Shown here: piece by piece, positions 48,557 through 60,566 of the stretch
How positions within the stretch are numbered: position 1 is the first letter of the stretch
Layout of the letters: each line of letters starts with the position of its first letter
DNA from: Macrostomum lignano
Lineage: Eukaryota
Assembly: GCA_002269645.1 (NCBI GenBank)
Contig: NIVC01000868.1
Location: 186,001-250,000, forward strand
Length of the DNA: 64,000 nucleotides
Direction: 5' to 3'
Translations under genes and position numbers: made by a program
The notes under the pieces: generated by a model
The model's database searches: none
The model's input: the letters and a program-made list of their open reading frames with translations, nothing else
Told to the model about the DNA's origin: nothing

Positions 48557-51554
48557 TCACCCCCTAGCGGACAGCACTGGATATTTTGGCTCGTAAACAC
48601 GCAGACTCACCGATGAGGAAATCAGCTGTACCAGTTTGTCCCGTGTCAGTCGGTGCTCCGAAATGGTTCGGTGATGTGCCTGGATCAGTTTCACCAGCTG
48701 CTTGCGATCTGAGCAGTAGTTTAGCACCATTGCCAGCTCCTGTACGTCAGCATCCTTGCTGGCCGTCACATCGTCGAACCACTTCTGCGCCAGCATCGGA
48801 TTCGAACTCGAGCCGTTCAGCTCTAATGTGAGACACTTTCTAAGAGCGTCAAAATTAACAAAATGGAACATGTTGTAGTTGTTCATCTCGACGGGAAAGG
48901 TGGCGCTGAGGAACCCAATCTTTGAGTAGATCACTGGTCTCTGGTGGTGGTGGAAGAAAAACTTCCAGGCCGAATCAGTTCCTTCCAGCTGCTGCCAAAG
49001 CAGCTTCTGCGCGAATTTTTCCGCTTCGATTTGAGTCGTGGTTTCCCGAACTTGCGGCTGAAGCCTGCTGAGCTCAACACCGTGGCTCACGTGATGATTC
49101 ACCATTGACTGCAGAGCTGCCTTCGCTTCTGCATGCCTTTCAAAAAGTAAATACGCCAGTGCTCTGAGCGTTTCTCTGGCTGTTAGAGCGCAGTCCGGAA
49201 CTCTTCCGATGCAGTTGAGCACAGCTTTCAGGCTGCAGCTTCCGCTAGAACCCGAAATCTGCATCACAATGTTATGGATGGCATCTTTAGTTCATAGTAT
49301 TCATACTGCGCAGACTTGGGTTCGAATTTGTACCAGGGGTACGGAATAATAAGGAAGGGATGCATGTAGAACCTCTGCTAATCTAGAGGTCTCAGCTGAT
49401 CCACAAAGCGGCACAAGTGCTTCATCAAGTCGCTAATTGTCCTTTCCACCTCCACCGCGATGTCGGGCTTGCTGCTGCTCCCAGTCTTCAGGTACACAAC
49501 TGCATCCCGCAGGAAGAAGTGCCGCATGCAGCCGGGTCCTTCCGACTCACTCAGCTCACGCACCAGTCGCCGCAGTGACTTTTCAATCAGCAAGACCAAG
49601 TTTTCGGGTCGCCACTCCGTCTCTGGCTCAGATTCCAGCATGTAAAACAGCAGGCATTTCGCATGGTACGTCTTCAATCCCTTAACGTTTTGCGCAATCA
49701 CTTTTTTGATTAGATACTTGAGCACAATGAATAGTTGACCTTGTGTGTCAGTCAGGCTGCGCATGAGATGCCGCTCCAAGAAAGTAGTGCTCACTCTGAG
49801 CTGCCTACCAGACTCACCGGGAGGTGCGGTGGTCACTAAGTGACAGCAGGAATTGCGCAGCTGCTGCCTGAGTGACTCCCGCAGTTTTGGGGGTAAAGAA
49901 CTGTTCTGCTGGTCAGGCCTCTTTGGCTGGCTACCGACATGTAGATCCGCAGGATTGGCATCTGCGATTGCTGAGCAGCCGCACTTCCTTCAATGGCTTC
50001 AATGTACGGGTAGCTGCAGCACTGGAACGCACTAACAAGATCGAATGCCGGCATCAAGAATGACCCATTCATCTGCATGGCCGGGTTGTCACCTGGAATT
50101 GCAATGTACGAGAGGGGATGGGATTCAAGAACTTTTCCTTTAAAAATGATCGATTCGGGAACTGAATAGCAGTTAATAGAACCAATTTTACCTGAACCAG
50201 AGTAAATCACATGGCCGTTTCGATAGGGTATCAGCTCAAGTCCTTTGCCACTGCACTGGCACCTGCCTTGAATGTGGCACAGTCTGCCAGGGACAAACTC
50301 TGTCACGTCAATGTCGGAGTCGGCGTCAGTTCTGCCTCCAAGCTGGCACAGGCTGTTGCCCCAACCTTCAGAGAAGCTGCCGACAAAAAATATTTCGCTC
50401 TTTTTCATTCTTTTCTGCTCAATTTCCTGCATGATGTCCGCCACGGTGGCCTGCACAGCAGCCATTTTGCTCACGAACCCAGTCTCTCTAAGCCGTCCGC
50501 TCAGCTCTGCACTCGCGCTGTTTTAATTGAAAAGAAAATTGTTGATTAGCATATTGGTGATAAATTTAGCAGCTTCGTATGTGCTCACCTGATTGGATCC
50601 GGCGGCTCCCCTGGATGATTAGAAAACGCAAAGGAACCGCTGGTCGCTGAAGTGTCCTTGACCTCCGTAAATCCATGCCTCATCAGTAGCTGAGCTGTTT
50701 GAGTGCAACCAATCAGATGAGCGATTTGAATTGGAGTGATTGTTGAGTCTGTCAGTAGCTCAACTACAGCTGGTCGCGAGGTCACCGTCGCAGCAAATAT
50801 CGGCGTCCACCCGTCCCGATTCTGAAGGTTGACATCGGCACCGGCCTTGATTAAACAGTCCACTGTTTTCACATGACCATTCAGCGCTGCAGTGAACAAC
50901 GGCGACTCCCCGGAGATCGTCTGGAGGTCTATTGAGGCTCCGGAAGCAGCGAGTGTCTTCACGACATCCACGTGACCGTTGGCAGCGGCAATAGAAAGTG
51001 CTGTTTCTCCCGTTCGTCTTTGAAAATCGACATTAACGCCAGATTTGATGAGCTCTCGAACTACCGGCTCGCGCCCTTGTCGGCCGCAGCAAACAGTGGA
51101 GTCTCGTCCTCGTTTCTGGTCAGGGCGATGTCTGCCGTTGCAGAAATCAGCGCTTGAACAACTTTTAAGTGGCCGTTCACGCAGGCGATCAGAAGCGGAG
51201 TGGTGCCACTCCTCCTTCGGAGATCAACGTCTGCGCCCGCAGAAATCAGTTCCTCGACACTTCAAAGTGACCATTCTGCGCGGCCACGTACAGCGGCGAA
51301 GACCCAATAGCTGTCTGTCGCAGGTCCAAATCCGCCCGGACTTTTAGCAACAGCTTGACCAGCCGAAGGTGACCGTTCTGGCAGGCTGCAAACAGCGGAG
51401 TGATCCCGGAGCTGCTGCGCCGGTTCACCCTGGCCCCGGCCTCGATCAGCCGGTTGGCCTCCTCCACATGGCCCGTTCGGGCGGCAACGTGCAGCAGCCT
51501 CGGATTTTCTTTGTCGCTGGCTGCTGACAACGCATCTTCATGTGGCTGGTCCAT
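48557..51554 (-). CDS. Ankyrin-repeat + cGAS-like receptor (Mab-21/CD-NTase fold) with C-terminal helical extension; disrupted in this sequence by four 1-bp deletions and one in-frame TAG
   Basis: About 7-8 ankyrin repeats (TPLFAACQNGH, SPLYVAAQNGH, TPLLIACVNGH, TALSIAAANGH, SPLFTAALNGH) in exon 51554-50589. Exon from 50517 has the NTase signature FFVGSFSEGWG...DSDIDV and the third acid in AFDLVSAF. Probable 99-nt intron at 50093-50191. Mab-21 C-domain LRVSTTFLERHLM...QLFIVLKYLIKK...LKTYHAKCLLFYMLE...W...MRHFF. Frameshifts near 51258, 51072, 49990 and 49287. TAG at 49378-49380. Confidence 0.8.
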
Positions 51555-53424
51555 GCAGTTCGCGGAGCTGTGAAACTGAATTTAAGCAACGAGAAGAGTC
51601 AGATTTCCCTGTGACTTCAGTCTGCAAGGAATAAATACTGAACGGAGAGCCAGGCTTAACCTAGAGAAAACTTCAGTTGGAAAATTTATGCAAAAGCAGA
51701 GGATGCAGTTGGACGACGCTGTACAATTTTTGCGCACTATATGGCTGGGAGAGTGTAACTTTGATCCTCTGTACTATGTGATTGCCTTCTCCCCTATTTT
51801 TCCGCGCTAACTCCTGGGAACTGGCTAGGGAAGCGGAGAGGACCCGGATGCACTTCCACCTGAAAGTGACTGGCTTTGGTCTGCTGCTGGTCTGCTTTTT
51901 GGTCTGCTTCTGCTAACTACTTACGGCTACTAAAACGCTGAAAGGAGTCACAGAGTAGTTTTTCAGACGGAATTAACTGCTGAAGTCTGTCTTATCCACC
52001 GATTAGACCAGTTTTGTCAAGTAGTTCTGTAAGGAGACTTTAGAATCTGCAAAGGCAATCAGCCAGCCAGTGCTCACAAAATGAGCTTCTGCCCGGAAGT
52101 TTTAAAAAACCAATCGGCCCCCTGCCTCTGTCTTTTTTGTATCCGCCTTTCTGCCTCTGAAATTAATGCATCTGATTAGTTTCACCCAAAGTACATCAAC
52201 AATGTACATGACAATGCTCTGAACTGAGCCGGAGCATTTTCTGTAGAACTTCCCAGGTCTCGTTGCTTCTCATAACTTTGACAAAATAATTTCGACTCAA
52301 AAGAAACCAAAACCCCGTGAATTCAGTTTCCTCGAGTGTAGAGAGCACAAAGGCATTTATATTGAGGAACATTTGAAACTGCAGTGTCTGTATATATTTC
52401 ACGCTCATCTCTAGTAGAGTACACTAGTACAAATTTTGAGTACACTCCCTGCAGGGCGATCCGAAGAGGGGGGGGGCGAGCGCCGTCCATTCCATTCCAA
52501 AAGATGCATAGTCCAAGCCCGCAATGTGCGCGTGAGTTTCTCAGACTCACGAGCTGCACTGATGCTTCTAACCCTCCGTATCACAATGTACGCATGTACC
52601 TTATGCGATAGAGACGCAGAGAAAGCCAATTTCGATTCACTGGGGAAACTGAAGGATGTATAGCCTCCTTTTTGAATGGTTTGTTAAGGAAAACCGGTGC
52701 CCTTTATTTCGCTCCCAAACCGAGAGCTTTGTACCAGCCTTCCTCCTGTGGAAGACTACTGGAATTTGATGGATACCGATTGCCGTTAGGAACTCATTGA
52801 GTGGTTAAGCAGCTTGCCTTGCGTCCTCCAAGGACATTAGATCCGCCAAGTACAGCCATTTTGATGCTTTTCCCAACTGCAAAATTAAATTGAAGGTTAA
52901 TACCATTTCCAAGGTACTTGTGTTAGTACAAGGAACGAGTGAGCCTCATCAACGTGAGTCTTCAAATATCCTGTGTTTAGCACCAGATCTGACATCTGCG
53001 GCGGCAGTCAGCTTAGAGCTGAGGACGTCGGTCTAAGCAAGTACTCTGATAAAAGCTCGCTCGTAATGCTAAATTCTCAATCCAAGCTAATCGATTCAAC
53101 GGTTCAATGCAAATCAGTTCAGCTCAACAGACACGCTGTAGATAACATTAATGTGCTTCAGCGATAGCTGGCTAGGTAAAAGCTGGAAATCTCTCTGGTT
53201 CTCAGGTGTGTCGGCGTGGAAAATAATTTACCTGCGATATGATGTTTCACCAATATTCACCAGACACAGCAGCAGTATTCACCAGAAACAGTAGCAGTAT
53301 TCACTGGACACAGCAGCAGTATTCAGTAGACACAGCGGTAGGCACAAGTGGTTGGCATATTTACTATGGAAAAGAAAAGTCGGGAAGGGCAGCAGAAGAA
53401 GCACGAAATTCCAACTTGAATCCA

Positions 53425-55635
53425 AGGGCCTGCTCTCGCCGGCCCAAGCTGGGTTCCGCCGCGGACGAAGCACGGAGGAACAACTGGCGCGTGTCTGACA
53501 AGACATTTTTGACGGCCTAGAACGCTCCCCGGCCTTCCGAAGCATCCTCAGCTGCCAGGATTTCAAAAGCGCGTATGAAACCGTCTGGAAAGAGGCCCTG
53601 ACTTTCAAGATGGTCCAGGTTGGCATCGACGCCCACACGACCAGCTGGACAGCCGCTTTCCTTGAAGACTACAGAGCCACGGTGTGCTGGAACGGCCCCT
53701 CAGCAGCCAACGCACCTTCCGCGAGGGTCTGCCACAAGGGTCGGTGCTGGCCCCGACCCTTTGGACAATTTTCGTCAACGATCTTGCCACAGACGTTACT
53801 GAAGCATCTCCCAGCTGCGGGTTGAGCCTTTACGCGGACGATTCGGCGCTTGTGGTCCCTCTACCATCCCTGCCCAAGTGTGTGGAGGTCCTTCAACCAG
53901 CCCTGGATGCCGTGACCACCTGGTGCTCCCGCTGGAAGATCGAATTAAGTATCCACAGGTGCTGCTACTGTACTTTCACCCTCGCTCCTAAGGAAGTCAA
54001 CGGGAAGGTCCGGGTCCCGCTCCAGCTCGGCAAAGAGCCTCTCAATTTCGACCCGAATCCCAGGTTCCTTGGCCTGGTTCTCGACGGCCAACTCAATTTC
54101 ACGGCCCACGCTGCTGATTTCCGTAAGTGCATGAGCCAAAGCCGACGAGCCCTGGCTAGCCTCGCGAGCAGGAAGGCCGGCGCTTCCCAGAAGGTCCTTC
54201 GCACTGCCTACCTGGCGACCATCCGAGCCGTCGCCGACTATGGCTGCGGCATCTGGGGAGCGAGCGCCGCGCCGAGTACCAAATTGCTGATTGAACAGCA
54301 GCAGAACGTCTGTGCGCGCATCATCACCGGATGCCCGCAGCTCACCCACACTACGAAACTCCTAGCTGCGGCGAACCTACCGCCATTTGGTCACGTGATC
54401 CTTGAGCGCGCCGCTCTCCTCGCGACTGAACGCGCCCAAGATTGAGCTAGACAGCGGAGTAAACAGAGACAAGTGCTAAAGAAATGACAGGACACATACG
54501 AAACTCCTAGCTGCGGCCCTACGGGTCACGTGATCCTTGAGCGCGCCGCTCTCCTCCGCGAACGCGCCCTCCGCCTGCCAGACAATGTCCCGGCCCACGG
54601 CTCCGCGGGGCGCACCACCCGCAGCAGACTCCTCAACCGCGCACATGAAAGCTTCAACCGGCGACAGGTTGGAGCCGGCCATCAACCCACTGCTTTTGAA
54701 CGACTACCGTCGTCCTTTCCGAGGCTGCTGGCGACGCGTGGCCCTTGAGCTCACTGAGGCCGCCTACCTTGAGGCCCTCCCACGCGAGCCCTACCCGCCA
54801 CCGACCCCCGATACCAGCTGCTGGTATAGATGTCTGGACCGACGGGTCCGTCCGAGACGGCACCTCGGATGCCTGGGGTGCCGCCGTCATCACCACCCGC
54901 CTGTGGGGCACCACTATCGCCACTCCCGCCGGCCGGGTCGCATGCTCCTTCCAGGCGGAGATCTGCGCCATACGGGCGGCCCTCGACTACACAAAACAGC
55001 TGACGCCGGACCATGGTGCGTCGATCCGTATCCACAGCAACTCGCTGGCGGCGCTGACAGCCCTCGAGCACGGCCCCTGCGACCAACGCTCGGTGGATGG
55101 CAGCCTTTGCTGGTCAACGCTGAGCGCCATTCAACACAGCTGCGAGTTTTTATGGGTCCCGGCGCACTGCGACATCCTGGGAAACGAGATGGCCGACCGC
55201 CGCGCCAATCGCGCACGTCTGGAACGTCAGCAGGACAGGCCTATCTCATTCCATGCTGCTAAGGCGGCCCTTCACCGTGCGAGAACCGCCCTAGACCTCG
55301 AGGTGCTGGGGCCATGCTGGCACACCACCCCCCTGCACCTCAGCCGCGCCGAGACAGTCGCCATCAACCAGCTCAGGGCGGGATGCTCAATGCTGGCTAA
55401 TTCCACCAGCCACCGTCTCGGCCTCACTGACGATCCGCTCTGCCGCGACAGAAGATCACATTCTTTTCGAGTGCCCGCGCGGCGACGGTATCCGCGTTCG
55501 CTATGCCAACTGGGACGAGGCCCTAAAACATCCCGAGCAGGTCCTCGCCCTTCTGCGCAGACTGGGGCGCCTCTGAGCGCTCGTCCACCTCACTGCCTGT
55601 AGCAGCTGTGAGGACGGTGGACAAAGAAAGAAACG
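53425..55635 (+). mobile_element. 5'-truncated, degenerate non-LTR retrotransposon (RT + RNase H; I/Ingi/Nimb-like)
   Basis: GFRRGRSTEEQL, GLPQGSVLAPTLW, LSLYADD and FLGLVLDGQL. RNase H VWTDGS...FQAEICAI...WVPAHCDILGNEMADR. Stops and frameshifts are present, and the RNase H second Asp appears to be Asn (HSNS). Clade assignment is tentative. Confidence 0.9.
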
Positions 55636-55886
55636 AAAATCCAATCAATAGACAGCTGTGGAGCAAAAATTAGACTGCAGAGGCAATTTATATCACCCTA
55701 TCCGCCATGTTTAGGCGATTTCACAGGGTTAGGATGGATTGCCAGCAAGTTTCAAATCGAAACTGCAGCTCAGCTAACATTTGAACTTTGTCACCAACAG
55801 CAATGAATGTCAGTTCTGTAAAGTAGAGCACTGCAGATTCCAAATTAATCCGCAGTTTCCACGTCACCACTGCTCAAACCTTCAGA

Positions 55887-56899
55887 TTAGCCGGTACTCG
55901 GCATCGACTGGCTGGTCGGGCTGGGCTTCGACTTGTTGAAGAGCTTACTGCTCAGAAAATTGTTCCTGTAGAACCTTCTAAACTTTCTCCCAATCAAATA
56001 GGGAACCCATTTGAGTGCCGGATTGAAGTACATCAGAGCGTTCAGCAGAATTTTGGCCTGCTTTTCGGCATTGTCCGTAATGATCAGAACGCTGTCATTG
56101 CTTTCCAGATAGCTCAGAATAGTGTACGGAGCCTCGCAAATGAAGAAGATCAGACTGGTTGTTATGAATATCTTGGACACCGTCACTGTCTGGTCCGGGC
56201 GATTGGCTCCGAGATCTTTCCCATTCCGGTTGAGATGAACCACAATGACCGCTAGCGTGAGGAGCAGCAGAAGGAACACCGCCACCCTGCCAATGAAGAA
56301 TGTGTACGTCCTGTAGAACTGGTCGATCGAATCTTTTTGAAAGTAGCAACGGTTTCTTTCGAAATTCCAAGCAGCGCTGAAGACTTTGGCGCAGGGTAGA
56401 AGACCCAGCGCGATGAGCAGCAGCTGGTACAGAATGACGTTCCTCTTGCGCAGCAGAGTGTCGCTCTTCAGAGGCGCCAGAGTCGCGCACAGGGAGTGAA
56501 AGCAGAGTCCCAGCCGGATGAAGGGGCTGCCGTGCAGCAGCCAGATGGTGAAAAGATAGTACACAATGCAGACTTCGATGCTGGTCTGCCGACGGTAGTC
56601 TTCAACTCCCAATATGTGGCCCATCACGCTCGGGGCCAGGTGGTGCGTGACAGACTTGCCAGCCGTGAGCAGGAAGTCGAACCAGCAGCTCACCAGCATG
56701 CTGAGCCTCACGGAGAAGGGAAAGCAGTCGGGGTTGCGCAGCAGCACCAGCGCACAGGAGGCATTGCCCCAGACCCCAACCAGCATGACGAGGGGGAAGA
56801 GCCAGATGAAGACGCGAGACTGGAAGAACACGTAGCCGGCCTCCGCCCAGTAGGGCTCAGCCGCAGCTGCTGGAGACTCTGCACCTGATGAACCGTTCT
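55887..56899 (-). CDS. Orphan rhodopsin-type (peptide-receptor-like) 7TM GPCR; start probably in an upstream exon
   Basis: Seven hydrophobic segments: GVWGN (TM1), WFDFL (TM2), EVC...FHSLCATLAPLK (TM3), CEAPY (TM6), YFNPALKWVPYLIGRKFR (TM7). The frame stays open upstream to a CAG acceptor and includes an NGS sequon. Confidence 0.75.
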
Positions 56900-57909
56900 G
56901 GAATTTTTGTTGCAGGGTGGATCTGGGCTGTCTGTCAAATCACAAAGCAGGCAACATTTCAATTGAGTTAGTTGGCAGATGTTGTGGGTTCTGGCACCTG
57001 TTTTGAAGACACAGGTGAACTGCAGACAACGAGGAGGCAACTGGGCAATCTTATGAGCAGGCATGCGAATGGATTCATACACAAGCATGTTCTCAAGTGA
57101 AGCCTTGGGAATTTGCTTTTAAATGACCCTCAGCGTTCCGACTGACAACCCGAAATTGGTTTCACGGACTCGAACCTGGGTAGACTGGCCCGAGACAGAG
57201 TGAAAATTTGGCCATGGCAAAGTGACCCAAAAACTTACCATTCTCTCTCAGGGCAGAGTCGAGACAGGTTAGGCCAAGATTCCACCCAGCTCGGTCTCAT
57301 ATATACTGTAAATGTTGGGAGGGTCCCGCATTGGAACGCAGCTGCCTCCCTCTGTGCGATTCTCACAAAACTGCCGCATCTGCAATGCAGACCGCATCAA
57401 GTCACGCAGTCTTTTTAAGCATCAATTTTTTATCGCGGGAAGACTTTTTGAATTGAGCAGCTGCCTGCTGGTTAAGACCTCCTGCCCTTCTTTGTGGGCA
57501 CTGGCCCCATGATTTACAGTGGAATCCTGCCGTGGAGCTGGGCGTTGGCCAAAGTCATCGAATTCACTGTTGGATTTTGCCATGCATGCAGTTCTCACAA
57601 TTTCCATGCTAAACAGGAAATAAGGAATTCTCAATGCTTTTTTGGCTGTACCTAAAGGGATTTGATTCCTCGATTGAAAATGCGTTGCGACAGGTTGGAT
57701 TCGGTGCAGCTGCAAGTTCCTGCAGACAAGCTGGTTCGAGCCAATTATATTCGAATGGTGCTGCTTCCCATGCGCCCATGCACACCCTGCATAATACACG
57801 CAGGCCATGCATTTGTTGTTCCTTTGCATTTCTTTTTTCAGTTTGAAACTCAAAGCTGAAGACTTACTGAACATTCTCTGTACCTGCAGCAGTTGTACAT
57901 CTACTGCAG

Positions 57910-58347
57910 TTGGCTCAGCCGTCACTGGAGACCGTCTCGTTCAATAGATACGACGGTGTGAGCGGCCGCCTCTGCATCAGCAGTCAATTTGTTCTCACTT
58001 TCTTGAAGTCGGCCCTTTGCAGCAGCGATCAGCCAGGCCTTCACCACCGCCGAGGTCCGCGCCAGCTGTTCGTGTTCGACCAATGCAGCAAGTCGGTGAG
58101 GGACTGCAGCTGCTCCAGGAGAGGCGGCCTGTTCGCCAAGTACGGATCGAGAGGATTCTACCTTGGAGGATGGCAGATGCCGGCCAGCCCGAAGCTGGCA
58201 AGCAGGTGGATCTGGGCCGGCTGCAACACCACGATTGACTTATTGGCTCTGTTTTACACTGACGGACTGAGCAGCGGAGCCAGAAGCGAGGACGTCACCA
58301 TAACCGCTGTCTCCCTGTCCCAGTTGGTCGATGTGACGCCCTGGTGA
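57910..58347 (+). CDS. Possible C-type-lectin-like exon or fragment
   Basis: Non-repetitive 145-codon frame with GFYLGGW...RWIWAGC...TDG...EDV...LVDV, loosely matching CTL motifs. Splice structure and start are not established. Confidence 0.28.
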   Translation: MAQPSLETVSFNRYDGVSGRLCISSQFVLTFLKSALCSSDQPGLHHRRGPRQLFVFDQCSKSVRDCSCSRRGGLFAKYGSRGFYLGGWQMPASPKLASRWIWAGCNTTIDLLALFYTDGLSSGARSEDVTITAVSLSQLVDVTPW

Positions 58348-58846
58348 GACGAGCCCTGTGCGAGTGCGTGTCACCGTCCGATTAGGCTCAGAAAAACTTT
58401 TTTAGCTAATATGTACTTATTTGGAGTAGCGGTTTAACTCAGTTCCTCTGTATTTCTATTAGTATTTCTGCTGCGTAAGTACATTGTAGCAACCTTGGTA
58501 CATGTACATACGTATCACGATAAAGCCTCCCGAGTACAAAGTGCTGCCACTCGTGTTTCTGTCTGGATTGGCAAACCAGCAAGGGTTTCTAAACTTTCTA
58601 AATTCTTTTCTGTAGCTGCGTCAAGTCGTATCTGACTTTAGCCATAAAGAAATTGAAATATACGAATGCACTGCCACCATGTATCTACAATACCACGTAT
58701 ATAGAATAATGAAAATTTAATTTTGACCCTACGCGAATTCCTTTTACAAGCGTTAGTGTACCTTACTCGCGTCTGTAGAACGCAGGCACAGTGTGACATC
58801 AGGGACAAAGATGGATTAGAGCTCCGCAGTAGCCTAGCTGCTCACA

Positions 58847-59432
58847 TGCTGGCCTGCTCATGCTGGCCTGCTCATGCTGGCCTGCTCATGCTGGCCTGAT
58901 TATGCTGGCCTGATTATGCTGGCCTGCTCATGCTGGCCTGATTATGCTGGCCTGCTCATACTGACCTGCTCATCTGGCCTGATTATGCTGGCCTGATTAT
59001 GCTGGCCTGATTATGCCGGCCTGCTCATGCTGGCCTGATTATGCTGGCCTGCTCATACTGACCTGCTCATCTGGCCTGATTATGCTGGCCTGCTCATACT
59101 GACCTGCTCATCTGGCCTGATTATGCTGGCCTGATTATGCTGGCCTGATTATGCCGGCCTGCTCATGCTGGCCTGATTATGCTGGCCTGCTCATACTGAC
59201 CTGCTCATCTGGCCTGATTATGCTGGCCTGATTATGCTGGCCTGACTACATGTATGCTGGCCTGATTATGCTGGCCTGCTCATACTGGCCTGCTCATGCT
59301 GGCCAGCTCATGCTGGCCTTCTCATGCTGGCCTGCTCATGCTGGCCTGCTCATGCTGGCCTGATTATGCTGGCCTGCTCATGCTGGCCTGATTATGCTGG
59401 TCTGCTCATACTGGCCTGATTATGCTGGCCTG
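58847..59432. repeat. 14-bp minisatellite (ATGCTGGCCTGCTC / ATGCTGGCCTGATT) with higher-order blocks
   Basis: Direct tandem repetition. Confidence 0.94.
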
Positions 59433-60009
59433 CTTATTCTGCGCACACTTGCCCCGCGTTACCGCTGAGCTGATACCCAGAAAACTAAGTTTGCCTGCCA
59501 TATTTGCTAGGCCAGATGCTGAGTAGAAAGACAATGAGGAATGCTCAAAACATTTAGTCTCCGGTTCTGTTAGATCAAGGCACGCTTAAAAGTGTGAGAA
59601 ATTTCGTAAGAGACATTTTTATTTTGGAATGGTACTGACACGCTAATACAGGAATTGTCACTGAAAGCTGTTAATTAAATGATAACACCTAGCCAAATAT
59701 ATTCTGAGGTGCATAGGCCAATTATACAATAATTATATAATAATAATATAATAATACATATTCTAATACAAAACGATAACAAAGGAGCACGGCAAATGAT
59801 GGCTACATGCAAGCTAAGCATTTGTGCTGTGTGCGAGGGCTACCACACCGTGACAGAATGTTTACATTTGGCATTGTTTAAAAACATCCAAGCTACGGGC
59901 GTACATTTACATGTACTAATCCTACCGAAGAAAACTACAAATTCTAAACCGCATAAATGCACGCGCTGGCTTCAGGAAGCTGAGTCAGGTACAGTGCTAA
60001 GCAACACTG

Positions 60010-60345
60010 ATATTGGCCACACTGACACCCATATTGGCCACACTGACACCCATATTGGCCACACTGACACTCATATTGGCCAGTGGCCACACTGACACCC
60101 ATATTGGCCAGTGGCCACACTGACACCTATATTGGCCACACTGACACCCATATTGGCCACACTGACACTCATATTGGCCACACTGACACCCATATTGGCC
60201 ACACTGACACCCATATTGGCCACACTAACACCCATATTGGCCACACTGACACTCATATTGGCCACACTGACACCCATATTGGCCACACTGACACCCATAT
60301 TGGCCACACTGACACCCGTATTGGCCACACTGACACCCATACTGA
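60010..60345. repeat. 21-bp minisatellite (CACTGACACCCATATTGGCCA), about 15 copies
   Basis: Direct tandem repetition. Confidence 0.94.
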
Positions 60346-60566
60346 CACTCTCGGCTGTGAGTTGCCAGCTGAGACCAAGGCAACTAAACATCAGACCAAA
60401 AAACATGTAACTATGGGCAGTAGCAATGAGAAGAGCTGATGGATGATTTCTTGCAGCGAGGTCTGTGATGCACTCGCGCACTCAGACGGAGACCAGCCGT
60501 CATCAGCCGCCAGTCAGGCGGGTTCACCGAAGCGCCAAGCCAGCAGACGAACTTTGCCAGCGAGTC

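Noticed and set aside
53403-55646. Possible LINE TSD ACGAAATTCCAA / ACGAAAATCCAA
   Set aside because: One mismatch in A-rich sequence and uncertain element ends. Suggestive only.
57160-57330. tRNA B-box-like GGTTCGAGTCC on the minus strand (SINE or tRNA)
   Set aside because: No convincing A-box, cloverleaf or tail, so not enough for a tRNA or SINE call.
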